DNA of 64,000 bases from Lama guanicoe (Eukaryota): positions 124,001 to 188,000 of the forward strand of contig MU054120.1 of assembly GCA_013239625.1 (NCBI GenBank), in the 5' to 3' direction. The notes under the pieces were generated by a model. The model searched no databases. It was given only the letters and a program-made list of their open reading frames with translations, and was not told the origin of the DNA. Made by a program: the position numbers and the translations under genes. Below are positions 28,401 through 41,548 of the stretch, piece by piece (position 1 is the stretch's first letter; every line of letters starts with the position of its first letter).

Positions 28401-28773
28401 AAGTTTTATGGCTTCCTGCCCTCCCAGTGAGGGAAGAGGTAAACTCCCTGAGTCTTGGTGGACACTCGCCGTGCTTCTTAAGGCCTGAGATCAAAACTGA
28501 CGAAATGTCGGTTCCACATTCCATTAGTTAAAATAAGTCATACGTGCAAGTCTGAAGTCAACTGTGTGGAAAGGTATATTCCAGCAACAGGGAAACAAAG
28601 GCAGGTGGGGGTAGGGGTGGATGAATTGTGGTCAACTGATACAGTCTGTCACACCTTGAAACAACTCTTGTCAGTTCTCAGGGAAATAGAAACTTGCATC
28701 TCTTCTGTTTGTCCCAGTGACTACTCACATGTGTCAAGGTGAAAATGGATGTAGGCAGTAATGCTCTTCAAGT

Positions 28774-28980
28774 CAGTGTTTCTAAACCCTGGCTACACAT
28801 TAGAATCGCCTGGGGAGGGTTGGTTTGTTTCTTTGTTCATTTGTTCATTTGTTTTAATACCGTGTCACAGGCTTATTCCCAAAGATTTGCATTTAATTAT
28901 TCTAAGGTAGGGCTAAGGCACCAATTTTTTTTTAAAGCTCTCCAGATATTCTTAAATGTAGCCAGATTTTGAAAGCTACC
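28774..28980. mobile_element. MER5-type hAT-Charlie MITE
   Basis: cagtgtttctaaaccctggctacacattagaatcgcctgggga...tttttaaagctctccagatattct..atgtagccaga. Confidence 0.75.
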
Positions 28981-29562
28981 AAGATACATTTCTCAAAATG
29001 TGCTTTCATTAAAAGTGTCTTCTATTAATAACTATAATGTCTTCAAACCTAGAGGTTTGAAAACTCAAATGATTTTTGGAAGTCAACTCAGTCAGGTAAA
29101 AATGGTTTTGATGAAATCAGCTGTTAATTTCCTTGCAGCAGGTATGTCCTTTAAATTATGGCTACTGTTCTGACTGAACTCTAAGTGGTTTTGGATAAAG
29201 TTTTCTGCGGTCACCAGATAGACACAGAAGATGCAAATATCCTTCCTCATGGTAGTTGGACAAATCAAAGTTGTTTTGCAGGCAGAAACTGGGAAAAGAT
29301 GTCAAAAAGCAAAGAGTGTACTGTTTATTTTTTCTGCAGGTTTACCTCCTTTTGATGCCACAGCCAGCTAATCTCCCTGCTTCACCATTGAGTCACATCT
29401 CCAGTCACGTGTCCTGGTATCTAGGCCCTCTTAACTACGATCTCATTTATGACTCAAGACCTTTTTATTGGTTTTTATTCTCAGTATAAGCCACAGAATC
29501 TTTTTTAGGTACAACTGTATCAGCACAAAAGATGCAGATCTAGAATAGGAAAAGAAAAATTA

Positions 29563-30010
29563 TGTGGGGGGGGGAAACTTGTCCTTCTTCCCTTCTTGGT
29601 TCCTTGGCTGCCCTAATGATTAAACTGAAATAAGGTAGATTAACAGGAGAAAAAAAATTTTTAATTCCATGCACATGGGAGCTCATAGAAATATGAAGCT
29701 CAAAGCAGTGACCAAAGCAGGCAATTTTTAGTAAGAAAAAGAAGCTTGGGCTTCGGGTAATAAATTAGTATAAACAGTGACAAGGTTGTTTATAAGCCCT
29801 GAATTCACTCTCTGGTCATAAGGATGCGTCTCTGCCTCCTGGTACAGGGAGGGCCCTTTTCCCATGAGAGATTTATCTCTTGTTTTCAGGTGGACAGAGA
29901 TCGGTTGGTGTACTTTTTGCACTGTCTGCTTCTTTCTCAGTAACTTTAATTCAAAATAATCAACATGCCAAAGTGGCAGATTTTGGGACAGTGGGCCCTG
30001 AACCCTATCA
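29563..30010 (-). mobile_element. ERV1-class solo LTR (MER34/MER39/LTR39-like)
   Basis: TG...CA termini with a 4-bp TSD ATTA (29559-62 and 30011-14). The minus strand begins tgatagggttcagggcccactgtcccaaaatctgccactttggcatgttgattattttga. Confidence 0.85.
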
Positions 30011-32337
30011 ATTACATCATAAGTTGTTTCTCTGAATTTTGACTTGGTTTCTACACATTGGCTTTGTTATCTCTTCTATGTGGAATTTTTAAAACCTGTT
30101 CTTGCTTTTCCTTACTTAAAATAAATTTAATTCATTTCTTCTTGCAACCAGTCTACCTATTGGAGTTCTGTTATCCCCTCTCCATTCACTTATGTAGCCA
30201 AAATATGTTCAATGATTTAGATGACAGTTCCATTTCGACGAAAGGTTTCAATGACGTAACAAAAAAGAATTAAAGACTGAGAATTACTGATAGTGTGACA
30301 TGCTTTATGTCTGAGATATTCCTTGAGAGGGAACATTTGAGGTGATACTCAGTTTGCATCCTGTATCCATTTCATAAGCTCATGACATATATAGGACTAT
30401 ATCTATTTTAATATTCAAATTAATTGCTTAAACCGCCACCAGGGGAGCAGGAAGTTCCAAATCCCTTTGGGGATTTCCCTACCCCAGCAAGCTGAGGAGT
30501 GTTGTGATAGATGAGGAGCTGGTTCTGCCTGCTCGTGGACCATCACGCTGAAGCTTGACTTCAAGGACAAGTCCTCTGAATTCTCTTTTAAAAAACTGTC
30601 TCTTGCACTCAAGAAGTATTTGTGTCTGTGTCTCTGCTGTTCTTGCCACTGTGTGTGGCTTAGTGGTCAGCTTCCCACACGCTGAGGTTCTTTGGAGGAT
30701 GAGACCCACCTCCTGGGTTACACTTGGCTGAGGGTGGAATTACACTTGGCAGGTTCACCAGGATTTACAGCTCACGGCCTCACACATTCAGCTCAGTCTC
30801 TCTTCCTGAGGGCTCTGCTCGCTCCAGGTCTTCTAGGTTTAGGGAGGCTGGCACTTCAGGCACAGTTTTCCTTTTGGTGACAACTGTCTTTTCCTTCAAA
30901 GAGCCACTAGCCGAATCTCAAAAAAAGAATGCATATGTTCTCTCTTCGTTTGCTCCCAAAAGCGAATGGTCTTAGCAGGTGTCTGTAGTTGTTTGGTTAT
31001 TAGTTTTTGGTTTTTTTTTTTTTTACTTTCTCCCCAGTGATTGGCTCTGCACATCAGTGGGAACCGGAAGGCAGATTTACTCCAGTCCCCTAAAGCAAAC
31101 GTCCACTGCTTGTCTTTTAATTATAAAACTACAGACAGAATTCCACCCCTGAGATTCTTCTTGACTCTCCAGTGTTGAGGGGGGCAGAAGTGAGCACTAT
31201 ATTATCTCTTGAGGTGAGAGCTATATAGAATTCATAAACCAATTCAGACATCCAAGCTTCTTTCTCCACTGAGCCACAAAGATATAAGCAGTTACCCATT
31301 GGATTATTTTTACTAGCTGTGTATGAAGAAAACAGGTCTAATGCCTTTTGGAATATTGTGTACTGTCCACCAAGATGCCCTTAGAGGAGGGATGGGGGGC
31401 GATCCGAGTTGCCCTGCAAAATACAGTCGTATACTTCCAGGCCTCAGAGAACTTTTGCAATCTCCATCTCAGGCTCAGTGCTCTTCCCTTTGGAATCTAT
31501 TTCGTATCTGACTACTCACTATATGGCCTTAACTATAGTTGGAACCAAGAAAGGGCTGTACTTCACATGAGCAGGAGAATAAGGGCTTTGGAAGTGCATT
31601 TATACTTTGCAGTAGTAAATCATTCAGGCTTCCTCCCTGCCCCCCCCCCCCCCCGCCCCGGGGTCTCCAGGGCTCTTTCAGGAGGGTATTTTAATGAGCC
31701 ACTTTTCTTCATCATGACACTGGAGAACGAGGGATCAGCTGTCCCATGTGGGAAGGGAGCCCACACTCTGCCCAATGAGCATAGGTTTCAGTGGTTCTGA
31801 CCAGCCCTTGCCAAAAGATTCCAGGGCCCAGCGTAAGGTACCCTCACATTTGCAAGTTATAAATCAAGCTAGCAAACAATTACATGAACTATGTCCTATC
31901 CACCTACCTTGACTGAGGTACCTTTACAGCAATGTGGACAGCCAGAGCTGAGCTTTGAAGTTTCCAGACTGTTTGGATTTCCCTGGCTGTGTGGAGAGGG
32001 TCAGTACTGGGGCACAGACCTTTGAACTCAGCTCAGGGTCATTAGACAGGGAATTCTAGGGCTCCCAGGCCCCAGAACTAACCTAGAAGGTGAAGAGGCT
32101 GACCTCTGTGGAAAGGTGGAGCTGGAAGACAGCCAGGGATGAATCCTCTGAATTGCAGGGCTGGGACCAGTTGACTTTTGCCAGAGGCCTAAAGATGACA
32201 ATGAAAGGGATTTTCTTTTTTGCAAACGAAAAGAGGAGATTCAGGCATCTATAGAACTTCGGGAACGATGGAGCAAAGCAGATAAGAGAGGGAAAGTCAA
32301 ACATAGGAATCAGGAGATGTTAAGCAAGAGTCAGACA

Positions 32338-32802
32338 CGACAAAGACTCTCTCCTTGATCAAACTTGTCAGGCTCCCCCGAGTCCACTTTTGGACGAGGA
32401 CTCACTTTTAGGCTCTGTTCTCAGTCCACCTAGTTTAGTTTTAGCAAGAGTGTGTCAGTTTAGTGAAAACTCCTCCATCCTCAATACCTAATCAAATTTC
32501 TCGTGCGCTACCCGTATCTTAGCACCCTGGCTTGCCTTCAGCAAGACTTCCTGTTGAGTAGGTCTGGCAAGAATCCCTCCACCCTTGGCATTTCCTCTTG
32601 GCGATTTTTTTTTTTAATCCACAGACACCCCCCCCCCAACAACCCTGTTCCTTGACCATAAATCTCCACTAGTCCTTACTGAGTTAGGATTTGAGTCTAG
32701 TCTCTCTCTCCTAATGCAAAACTCCAGTTGCATAAAGTCCTCCTTGAAGAAAATCTTCCTCATCCTCTTTAATGAGTATCAGCATCATTTTTTTCTTTAA
32801 CA
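32338..32802 (+). mobile_element. MER31-like ERV1 solo LTR
   Basis: Begins (c)gacaaagactctctccttgatcaaact..gtcaggctcc; contains gcaagaatccc motifs; ends ttttctttaaca. Confidence 0.8.
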
Positions 32803-33658
32803 GTTTCCTGAAACCCAGCAGCAATGGAATAAACAAAATCTTTTAAGAGTGGCAATGATTATTATAGTGATGAAGTGTTTAAAAAAGCAATGGAAGTTGG
32901 TTCAGGAATCTACAGAGCAAAGTAAAGCATCCGTTTGTAAGGGGTGGTCAGAGAAGGAAACACTGAGCAGTAGAGAAGTATATGAGTCCGAAGACAGACA
33001 AGTAGGATGAAGCAGATTTTGAGGTAGAATCAGGTGTACCCGAGGCAGTCGTTTATACAGGGAGCTGAATTTTTCTAGAGCACCCGTAGCTTCACATGGG
33101 GAAGAGAGAGGGACGTAAAAGTCAGACCCTCAGAAAACGCTGGACGTTCAACAACTCCAGCTCAATGAAAACATTCTTTATCTCTAACCTGTATATTGCT
33201 CCTTTATTTTTTCTTACATGAGTAAAAATGGGCCTTGTACTCAATTCAACAGTGATAAAACAGTGTACAGAAGAAGGAAGTCCTTCTACTCCTCTCTCCA
33301 GCCTCCCTGGAGTAACTATTGTTGCCAGATTCTAATAACTCCTTCCAGAGATAGTATATATATTCCAGGCATATTTATATCTTGCTCCACAATTACAGCA
33401 ACTATGCAGACTTTTCTGTATCTTGGTTTTACACCCAACAGTATATCTTGGTAATCCTTCCACAAGGGTATATAGTGTCACCTCATTATTTTTAATGAGT
33501 TGCTTAGATTTATTGAGTTGATGTTACTTAATTTACTTTGCTAATCATCTGTTGATAGAATTTCATATTTGTGCCATATACCTGTAGGATAAAAATCCTA
33601 GGGATGGAATTTCCAGAACTGTGTTGATAGATATTGCTAAGCCATATTTCAGAGAAAT

Positions 33659-35030
33659 TGTGATGGATCAGATTATAATTCAGCAAATAGTCACTCCTCT
33701 TCCCAAGTCCTTGTAGTCCAGACCACGTGACTTGCTTTTAACTAGTAGGATGTGATCAGAAGTCACAATGTGTCGTTTCTAAACTGAGGCTTTACAAAAG
33801 AAAGCATAGCATAATTCCTTTGTACTCTTCTAACCTGCTACTGGAAAACTGCTTCTGTATTCATAACACTCCTCACACCAAATATGTAGGTTTCCCATAC
33901 CAAGAAATTCTCCAGTTCTCTTCAGACAGCTGGATATCTCACTATTTCACTCATTTCTGACACTAGCTACCCAGAGTCAGGGCAGACCTTACAGGTAAAG
34001 GACTCTGTCCCTCCACCTCAAAGGCTAGTCACAAGAAGTGGGTTCCTGGGTTACCCACACTTCTGTCTAACTTAGCTAAAACTTGGAGGCTCCAACACCC
34101 CCCTCCTCAGATTGGATAATTAGCTATAATGGCTTATAGAATACAGGGAATCGCTTTATTTGCATTTACAACTTTATTATAAAGGACATTGTAAAGGATA
34201 TAAATAAGCAGCCAGATGAAGAGGTACATATGTTAATGACTAGAGAGTCTGAGCAAAGGAACTCTGTCCCTGTGGAATCAGAGTGTTGGAGCTTCCTGGC
34301 ATGTGGGTGCACTTGCCAACCCAGGAGCTCTCCAAACCCTATCATTCAGGATTTTTACAGAGGTTCCATTACATAGGCATGATTGATCAAATCACTGGCC
34401 ACAGGTGATTAACGCAAACTCCAGTCCCTGACCTTTGGTCAGGGAGTGGGTAGGATTAAAAGTTCCAGCCCTCTAATCCTGCTTTGGTCTTTCTGGCAAC
34501 CAGCAACCTATTCTGAAGCCGCCTCAGGGACCCCAGCCACAGTCATCTCACAACATACAAGAAGACACCCTTGGCACTCTGGAGATTCCTAGGTCTTAGA
34601 AGCTCTTGGTAAAGAACCAGGGACTGAGACCAGACAGGATAACTAAAGATCTTCTCACCTCTACCACTGAGAAAATTACAAGTGTTCTAGGAGCTCAGTT
34701 CTGAGAACCAGAAACAAAGACCAAATACGTATTTCTTACTGTATCACAGTATTACATCTGCCATAAGGAGAGCTTGACTTAGGGAGCTGCTGCCCCTTCA
34801 TCCTGGAACCTAGAGTGAGGACATATGGAGCTGACCTTCAGCTGCCCTAAAACCTGCCATCCATCCTGGCCCAGCCAAGCCCCTGTGAGATTCAGCCGGC
34901 TTTAGCCAAACCACAGCTGACTTACATCACCAAGGAGCATGAATTAAATGCTTGTTGTTGTAAGCCACTAAGATTGGAAAGGGGGGATGCTTACTATAGA
35001 ACATTACAGTGCCAGTATCTAGGTTGTATC
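33659..35030 (+). mobile_element. MLT1 (H/I/J-like) MaLR LTR, split by MER21
   Basis: ccacgtgacttgctttt...gatgtgatcagaagtcac..tgtgtc..ttct; 3' part gctgctgccccttcatcctgg...aaatgcttgttgttgtaagccactaagatt. Confidence 0.75.
33839..34756 (-). mobile_element. MER21-like solo LTR
   Basis: The minus strand begins tgtaatactgtgatacagtaagaaatacgtatttggtctttgtttctggttctc..ctgagctcctagaac. Near-TSD cctgc/tctgc (33834-38, 34757-61). Confidence 0.85.
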
Positions 35031-35209
35031 CGTGCTTGTTCCTACTTGCAGCACATGCACGTGAGGTTTCCAGCCGTTAGTCACACAGTATATTAGCAAA
35101 GCGCTTGATCTCATCTGTATGAAAGTTTCCTTAATGTGAGTCTTTACATTACATTAAAAAGGATGAGGTTGAGTATTCTTTCATATATTTTTTAATCGGT
35201 TGAGGTCAT

Positions 35210-35562
35210 TTTTTCCAGTCTTGTTAAGGTATAATTGATAAAAAATTGTATATATGTAAGGTGTACAACACGATGATTTGATATATGTATGCATTGTTAA
35301 GTGATTACCATAAAAGTTAATTAACACATCTACCCCCTGACATAGTCACTTTTTGGGGGGAGTAGTGAGAACACTTAAGATTTACTCTTTCAGCAGATTT
35401 CAAGTATACAGCACAGTACTGTTGACTATAGTCACCACGTTGCACATAGATTCCCCAGAACATACTCATAACTGAAAGTCCGTACACTTGCACTACCATC
35501 TCCCCATCTGCCCTGCTCTCCGGCACCTGGCAGTCCCCATTCTACTTTGTGGTTCTACAAGT
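35210..35562 (-). mobile_element. L1MA-type 3' end
   Basis: aggtataattga...aaggtgtacaac.gatgatttgatata...aacacttaagatttactct..cagcagatttcaagtataca. Confidence 0.85.
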
Positions 35563-36284
35563 CTTCTCATGCCAAACTCATTTCTATTAAAAATGAGCTA
35601 CTGTTGTTCTGCCCTGCTTTATCACTTTCTGGGGGTGGCAGCCCAGCTCATGATGGACCTTAAGCCACTTTGTGTCTCAGTATCAGGTGCTCGGTCTCTA
35701 CGAGGGCTAACTAGCACTCAGGTAGCTGCAGAAAGCATGACCTATGCTGTGACTCTTGCCAGAGACCAGTCAGCATCGTTATCCACCAAGGGTCCTAACA
35801 CCGTCGGATCTGCCTGTCGTGGTGGCAGAGCAGATGCATTGCAGCCTGGACCCACTGTCTTCCTCTATACATGAGTCAAAGCTATAAAGCTCTCATGTTA
35901 CCTAACCAATGATTTGGGAGTGCTTTTGTAAAACTGACTTTGCACTGCCTCAAAAAATCTAAAGAGGCCTGATAAGAGCTGAACCTTTTTGTGGAGGAAG
36001 AAAGTGTGGCAAAGCAGGAATAACAAACTGAGAGGGGCTGCCTCAGCGGCTGGAGTTCTGGACCTAAAACTTCACTCCTGTGGCAGATCCTTGAATCCTC
36101 GTGGGCTTAAATCCCTTCTTCTGACATGTATATGTGTTATTGGAGCATGTTATTGGAGACGACATCTTTGTCTCTTCTTTCTCATCCTATTCAGTTCACA
36201 TGCTGTGATCAATACAGCGAGCTAGTACCACGTGCGTGGAACACCAAAATAATCGACATCCCAGTGGACTGTTGCCATGGTAGA

Positions 36285-37390
36285 GAGGAAGAGAGACAGC
36301 ATATCCTTGGGGCAGGGCAGAGACTGAAGGCTGCCATCTCTTCATGCAAAGGCAAAATACTTCTGATTTTCCCCGCTAAAGGAGATCAAGAAGAAAACAC
36401 TGGCCAGATCAATGACCGCATACCAAGTGTCAGAGACTTTAACGATCTGCTCAAATAAAAGTCTGAACATTCAACATGGCAGCTGAAATTGGGGCTTCCA
36501 ACTGGTTAAATTTATGGCTGTCAATACCCATCGACCATTCATTCATCTCATTTTTGGAAGGATGATAAAGGCTAATTAAGTAATGATATGAAAACCGCTG
36601 GCATTTCTCCCCAGAGGCATTGTTGCTTCTGATTTACTGTCTTGGCAGGGGCAAGATAGTTTCCAGTAGTTTCTGGGGCTTCCACTTGGCATTTCATACA
36701 ATAGTGTCTCTTATTTCTCTAGTCAGGAAACCAATGTGATTATTCTGCCAGCTGCTAAATACATCAGTTCCAGATACATGTTCCAGGACTAGGGTAATAG
36801 TCACATGTCTGTGGAAACACTTAGAAATGTTACAAGACAGATTTACCCAACACTTTATTTCTACCTGACCCCCATAATCTCTTACTTCAGTTGGTGTTCT
36901 GGTTTCTCAAGTATCAATATTAGGTCAAACAGATCTGCACACAGCCTCGAGTCTTACAGGGGAAGGATTTCTGTTGTATACATTTTCAGGATTGTAGGGT
37001 CCTTCCTCAAGGCTTTTAGGATTCTCCTACAATCACTGGGCTCTGGGTTTATAAATTTAATTTGGACTGGCCTGGGCAAGGCACCACAATTTTCCATTCC
37101 GGCAGCTTTCACTGTCTTCTCTTCAATGGTTCTTGAGCTGTTAGCATCTGTTAACACCCTTGCCAATGGTGTGTCTTTCTTAATTCAAGGAACATCATAG
37201 CTCATCGGTCAACACCAAACACCGTAATGGTTAAGGCTTCCTGACTGCCCCTCTGGCCTTACTTCCCATCAACTGCATGTACTTTGACTTTCACATTTAG
37301 GTGCTACAATTTGGTCTCTACCATTTTGTAATTCCATCACCCCATAGATGTTAGCACAGTTCCATAGCAACAAATCCCACCGTTAACTCC
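36285..37390 (-). mobile_element. Degenerate ERVL-class internal region (gag C-terminus, protease, RT N-terminus)
   Basis: Minus-strand translation from 36425 reads WYAVIDLASVFFLISFSGENQKYFAF*...LPQGY, an ERVL RT motif. AKWKP...VNQKQ lies at ~36630-36690, and protease-like cagctggcagaataatcacattggtttcctgac at ~36720-36755. Confidence 0.8.
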
Positions 37391-38139
37391 AGCGTACAAA
37401 GGACAGCCAGCACAGCCCAAGTCTTACAGCTCCTTCAGCACTACGCCGTTTCCTCCAGGAGCAGGGATTGCAAAGCCTGTTTTGCTGTGCTGAGCCCTGA
37501 CTGAGTATCACTCTGGAGTCAATGAGACTTGGCAGAGGACGGTCCAGGGTGAGATAAGTGCTATCTTGCAAGTCATCCGCCACCAAGAATAAAGAGATTT
37601 CTCTTTTTTCAAAAGAGGGTTAAGGCAGTTTCTGACAACTCAGTTAGTTTGGGGAAATCTAGGGTCAGGTTTTTCATGCTTATCCACACAGGTGGCCTCA
37701 CCCCAGGTATCAGGTTTCTACTGTTTTCCTATCAGGGTCCTGACTTTGACATTCAAATAAATGAGACTGGAAAGAGCATCGCCTTTGCATTTATGCCATT
37801 CTTGCAACTGCACCTTGGGTCTGATTTTTCAAACATCCTCTCTGGGAATATTGAAATTGAGTATTTCCTTAAAAGCTGTGGTGGAAGCTTTCTGGCTTTC
37901 ACAGTGTGCTTTGTTAATAGCTGCCCTTCACATATTATTCTCTTTTTGCAACATTTCTGAAACATTTAAAATAAAGCTAAATACATCACAATTTTAAAAA
38001 TTATTATGAAACCTATACCATATAAGCTTCATAACCATTGCAAATTCTAATGTGTAACTTGTATCTACCCCTGATGTAAGTCACTTACTGCAAATACCAT
38101 CAAATTACTATATATGTTTTAGTCGATTCTTATATGTCC

Positions 38140-38640
38140 TATTCATAGATCTGTTGGCACACTTACGTGAGAAGCCCACACAGTTTTAATTATCCAGTAG
38201 TAGTATTCTTCTCTGTCTCATTTTTCAGGATGTTTTTAGCTATTGTTTCTTTTCGGTTATATAAACTGTAGAATCAGCCTATCTCGTTCTCAGATACTCT
38301 TTTCATATTTTTATTGGAAAAAGTTTGTAGATACTCATCTATAGGTAAAATTGACACTTTTAAGATATTAAGTATTGCTATCAAAGAACATGGTATGCCT
38401 TTTTTTCCCCTTTTTAGATATTACAAGATAAAATGGGTGTGGGTTATTACTATCAATGAGGTTTTTCTTTTCTTATTGATCATTTTTTTGATAGTTATTT
38501 TCATCCCTTCTCTATTTAGTTGACCTGACATATACAGAGCAATGTAAAATAACATGGGTGACACTCTGGTTTGGACTTTACTGAGAATATTTTCAGAGAT
38601 TCTTTATAAAACTTGATAGTGGCTTTGAGAACATGTTAAT
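38140..38640 (-). mobile_element. Highly degenerate L1 ORF2 fragment
   Basis: cccacacagttttaattat...ttagctattg...tagaatcagc...aaaattgacactttt..gatattaagt...tatcaaagaacatggtatgcct. Confidence 0.6.
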
Positions 38641-39399
38641 GACATGTGCATTATTTTGGAGAACACATCATAGAAACACACAAGTAATGGTCTGATACAT
38701 CTGTGTTTTTCTCTGTGTTTTTATGAAATGTCCCAAACAGACTTCCTATCTGTTTTCAGATTCTTAGTTTTCACATTTGGTATTTTTTCTTTCACATAAC
38801 TCATTAGGCCAAACAGGTATAGAAAGCTAACTTCAAAACCTCAATAGGGCAAAAAAAAAATGATAAAAAGAAAGATGAGTTCTTAAAATTTTCAAGATAA
38901 GATAAAGATGGTGTGAATGAAATAGTTCAAATGACAAAGAAGTGACACTGGTGAGGAAAAATTAGAAAAGTAATTTAAAATGGATAGGAATAATACAAAT
39001 CACTTATTCTATTAATTGACCAGAATGCATATACATAAGATATGTACAGGTGTTATGCCTAGAGAAAACTAATTTTTGAAAAATTAGGTTTTCAAAAGAG
39101 GTTTGAGAACGAGTGCGAAGATTCCAACGTGAACGTTGAGGACCAGAAGATCGTAAATGGCAAATGTTTTTAAAAGATGAGTAAAGGGCATTATCAAATT
39201 TCGGAGAAAATGGGAAAAGGAGAAAAACCAAATATGGTTTCTCCTGAGGAGAAGCATGATAGTGCAAAACGGTGCTGTGTTTTGATATTGAAAAAAGGAG
39301 AAAGTGAGACAAAAGACAAAGAAGTAAATCAAAACACTGAGATCCAGTTAAACTGATGATAACGTTAATGTAGTAAGACTGACTTTCAAAGAAAAAGGA

Positions 39400-40030
39400 G
39401 AACCTTTGCAAGAACACAGGGCAGCTGAGGATGAGGAAATAGGGAGAAGGGAACTCTTAAAAGTTAATTGTTAATGAAGAAAAAGAGGACTAGTGCCAGC
39501 AGACAACAGCAGAGACAGGTAACAGGAAATGGGGTGTGAAGTGCTTTGGCTGATACAGGAGTGTGTTAGGTGCACAAGTTTGAAGGGAAACTTACTAGCT
39601 TGAAATTGTACTAAATGAGAAACTTAGAGTGATGGAGAGGGAAAAGAATTGAAGAAACTGGCCGAATTTTAGGTATTTTGAATAGATATGGAAAAAGCAT
39701 AGAGGACTCAGTGAAAATTTCATAGAGAGATGAAAGAGCGTGGCATTCAGAATTGGAGTGAAAAAAAAATTAGAGGATGAGAAACAGATTTCAACAGAGA
39801 AAATGGGAGACAAGTTTCAAAAGAAAGTTGTTTTTTTTTTAAGATCAAAAAGGTTTCAAAACGAAAGTACATATTATGAAGTGAAGAAAGAAGATGGAAA
39901 GAGGAAGACAACTGGATATGGAGAATAAGAAAAAAATTTCTGCAGATCAGTTCCGTGGGAGCAGTGGAGAAGCAGAAGCAGGAGTGAAATCAAAAAGCAG
40001 AATGAATTAAAAAACCAAGTAGGAAAGGGG
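39400..40030 (-). mobile_element. Possible very old L2 remnant
   Basis: Purine-rich tract with an L2-like motif cagttccgtgggagcagtggagaagcagaagcagg; heavily diverged. Confidence 0.35.
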
Positions 40031-40035
40031 ATGGG

Positions 40036-40175
40036 AGTTATAGGATGACCTCTTATATGTGTCATCTTGGCTAGGTTTTGGTGCACAGCTATTTGGTGAA
40101 ACACCACTCTAGAAGTTGCTGTGGGGGTATTTTTTTAGATGTGATCAACATTTAAACCAGTAAACCACCCATAAA
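40036..40175 (+). mobile_element. MLT2 (ERVL) LTR 5' fragment
   Basis: tatgtgtcatcttggctagg..ggtgcacagctatttggtgaaacaccactctagaagttgctgtg..ggtattttttagatgtgatcaacattt. Confidence 0.85.
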
Positions 40176-40183
40176 GTCAAGAC

Positions 40184-41015
40184 AAGAGTCTGGAGTTGTG
40201 GAAGACTAGAAGTCCAGCAAAGAAGTTCCCGCAGAACTTTGGAGCACTGAATTGCTAAGAGAAGCAGTTTCACTTTGCCCATGTCGCTCCTCTCCCAAAG
40301 TGGCACAGCTCACTGCCAAGAGAGGACTCAGCTAGTGATTTCTCCCATGCGGGAAAGTGAGAGCAGCTGTGAGGGACACTGCCAAAGGGGCCCACTTCTT
40401 TCTTGCCTCATTCAAAATAAGGTGCGCTGCCTGATGTGGGGGTGGGAGTGGCCTGGAGAACAGCAGCCAGAGCTCTTGGAGGGCATCCAAGACACACCGA
40501 TCTTACTGACCACTGCCTTCTGACTCCCATCAGTTCACCCGCTCATGAGCCACTGGAGACGCCTTTCCCGCACATGCCCACAACGGGCCAGTGGGCAGCC
40601 CCGATGCTCTGTGCCCCTCACCCACATTACACCTCAACCCTGTGGCCTGATAGGCGTGCCCACACCAGAGGGCAGCCATGCGAGGCTTTGCGGATAACTG
40701 GTAAGCACATGCAGAAACCCAGACCACCTCTGCGGGCGGGGGAGAAAGCACACAAGTCTGAGCATTCAGCACCCGCAAATGGAGGCTGTCAGCACTCAGC
40801 GCGGCTTTGCAGGATTAAGAGAAAGCCTACTTAAGAATTGTCCTCCAAGAGAGAAAAGGAAGCGTGAAGCAGGCATCTTCATAGAAAAGGTCTGGGAAAG
40901 CCTCAGGATACCTAGCAGGGCTGACAGAAGGCATTCCTCTCCTGAAACCTGGCAGCAGAGACTGGACGAGCTGCCTGCTTCTTCCAATATGCGCGGAGCA
41001 ACACAAGACTGAAAA
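40184..41015 (+). mobile_element. Orphan 5'UTR of an older L1 (L1M2/L1M3-like)
   Basis: GC-rich; ends with gaaaaggtctgggaaagcctcaggatacctagcagggctgac...agactggacgagctgcctgcttcttccaatatgcg, which resembles the recalled pre-ORF1 motif of L1M 5' ends. Confidence 0.65.
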
Positions 41016-41533
41016 TCGTGTGGTTGTTAGCCGGAAAATCCCTTGAAACATTCCTGATTGGAAAGAGCCAACAATTATTTTTAAATAATTCTACTTCGTA
41101 TTAATCATGACTTACACCCTAAAAATATTTGGAGGACAGTCTCCTAGAATGTGCTATGTTTTGTTTGTTACGTATGGGAAAAAAGGACACATACCAAATG
41201 CAAGAAATGTCTTCAATAATTTTGAAAGATACAGTCCTCTTAACTACAAGGATGTGGTGTTGAATAATGTCCCAACTCTACAGTCATGTTGGTTTGAAAG
41301 AGGTTAAGAATTAAACAGGTGAAAAAACACACAAAGGCTATATGTATAAATTTCATTTATCATTGAAGTGAACAAATCTGGCAGAATTTCGTGGCATTAG
41401 AAAGATTAGGCTATCAGCATATCATGAAGATGTGCGAATATACATGGATTAAGAAGATAGAAATTAACACAACGTGTAGAGAGTAGGCAAGAAATCTATT
41501 TGCATTCTTTAAAATATTGATTAGCATATAATT

Positions 41534-41548
41534 AAGAAAGGTAAATTC
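41534..41548 (+). repeat. Left target-site duplication of the chimeric retrocopy
   Basis: aagaaaggtaaattc, preceded by tt (TT/AAGA, L1 endonuclease-like); matches 43926-43940 at 14/15 positions. Confidence 0.85.

Larger units (their letters stand above)
33230..35205 (-). mobile_element. Old L1ME-type 3' region split by MLT1 and MER21 insertions
   Basis: Reverse L1ME 3'UTR motifs (ctccctggagtaactattgttgccag...ccttccagaga; gatagatattgc) before 33660, resuming at ~35030 (atgaggttgagtattctttcatatattt). Confidence 0.55.
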
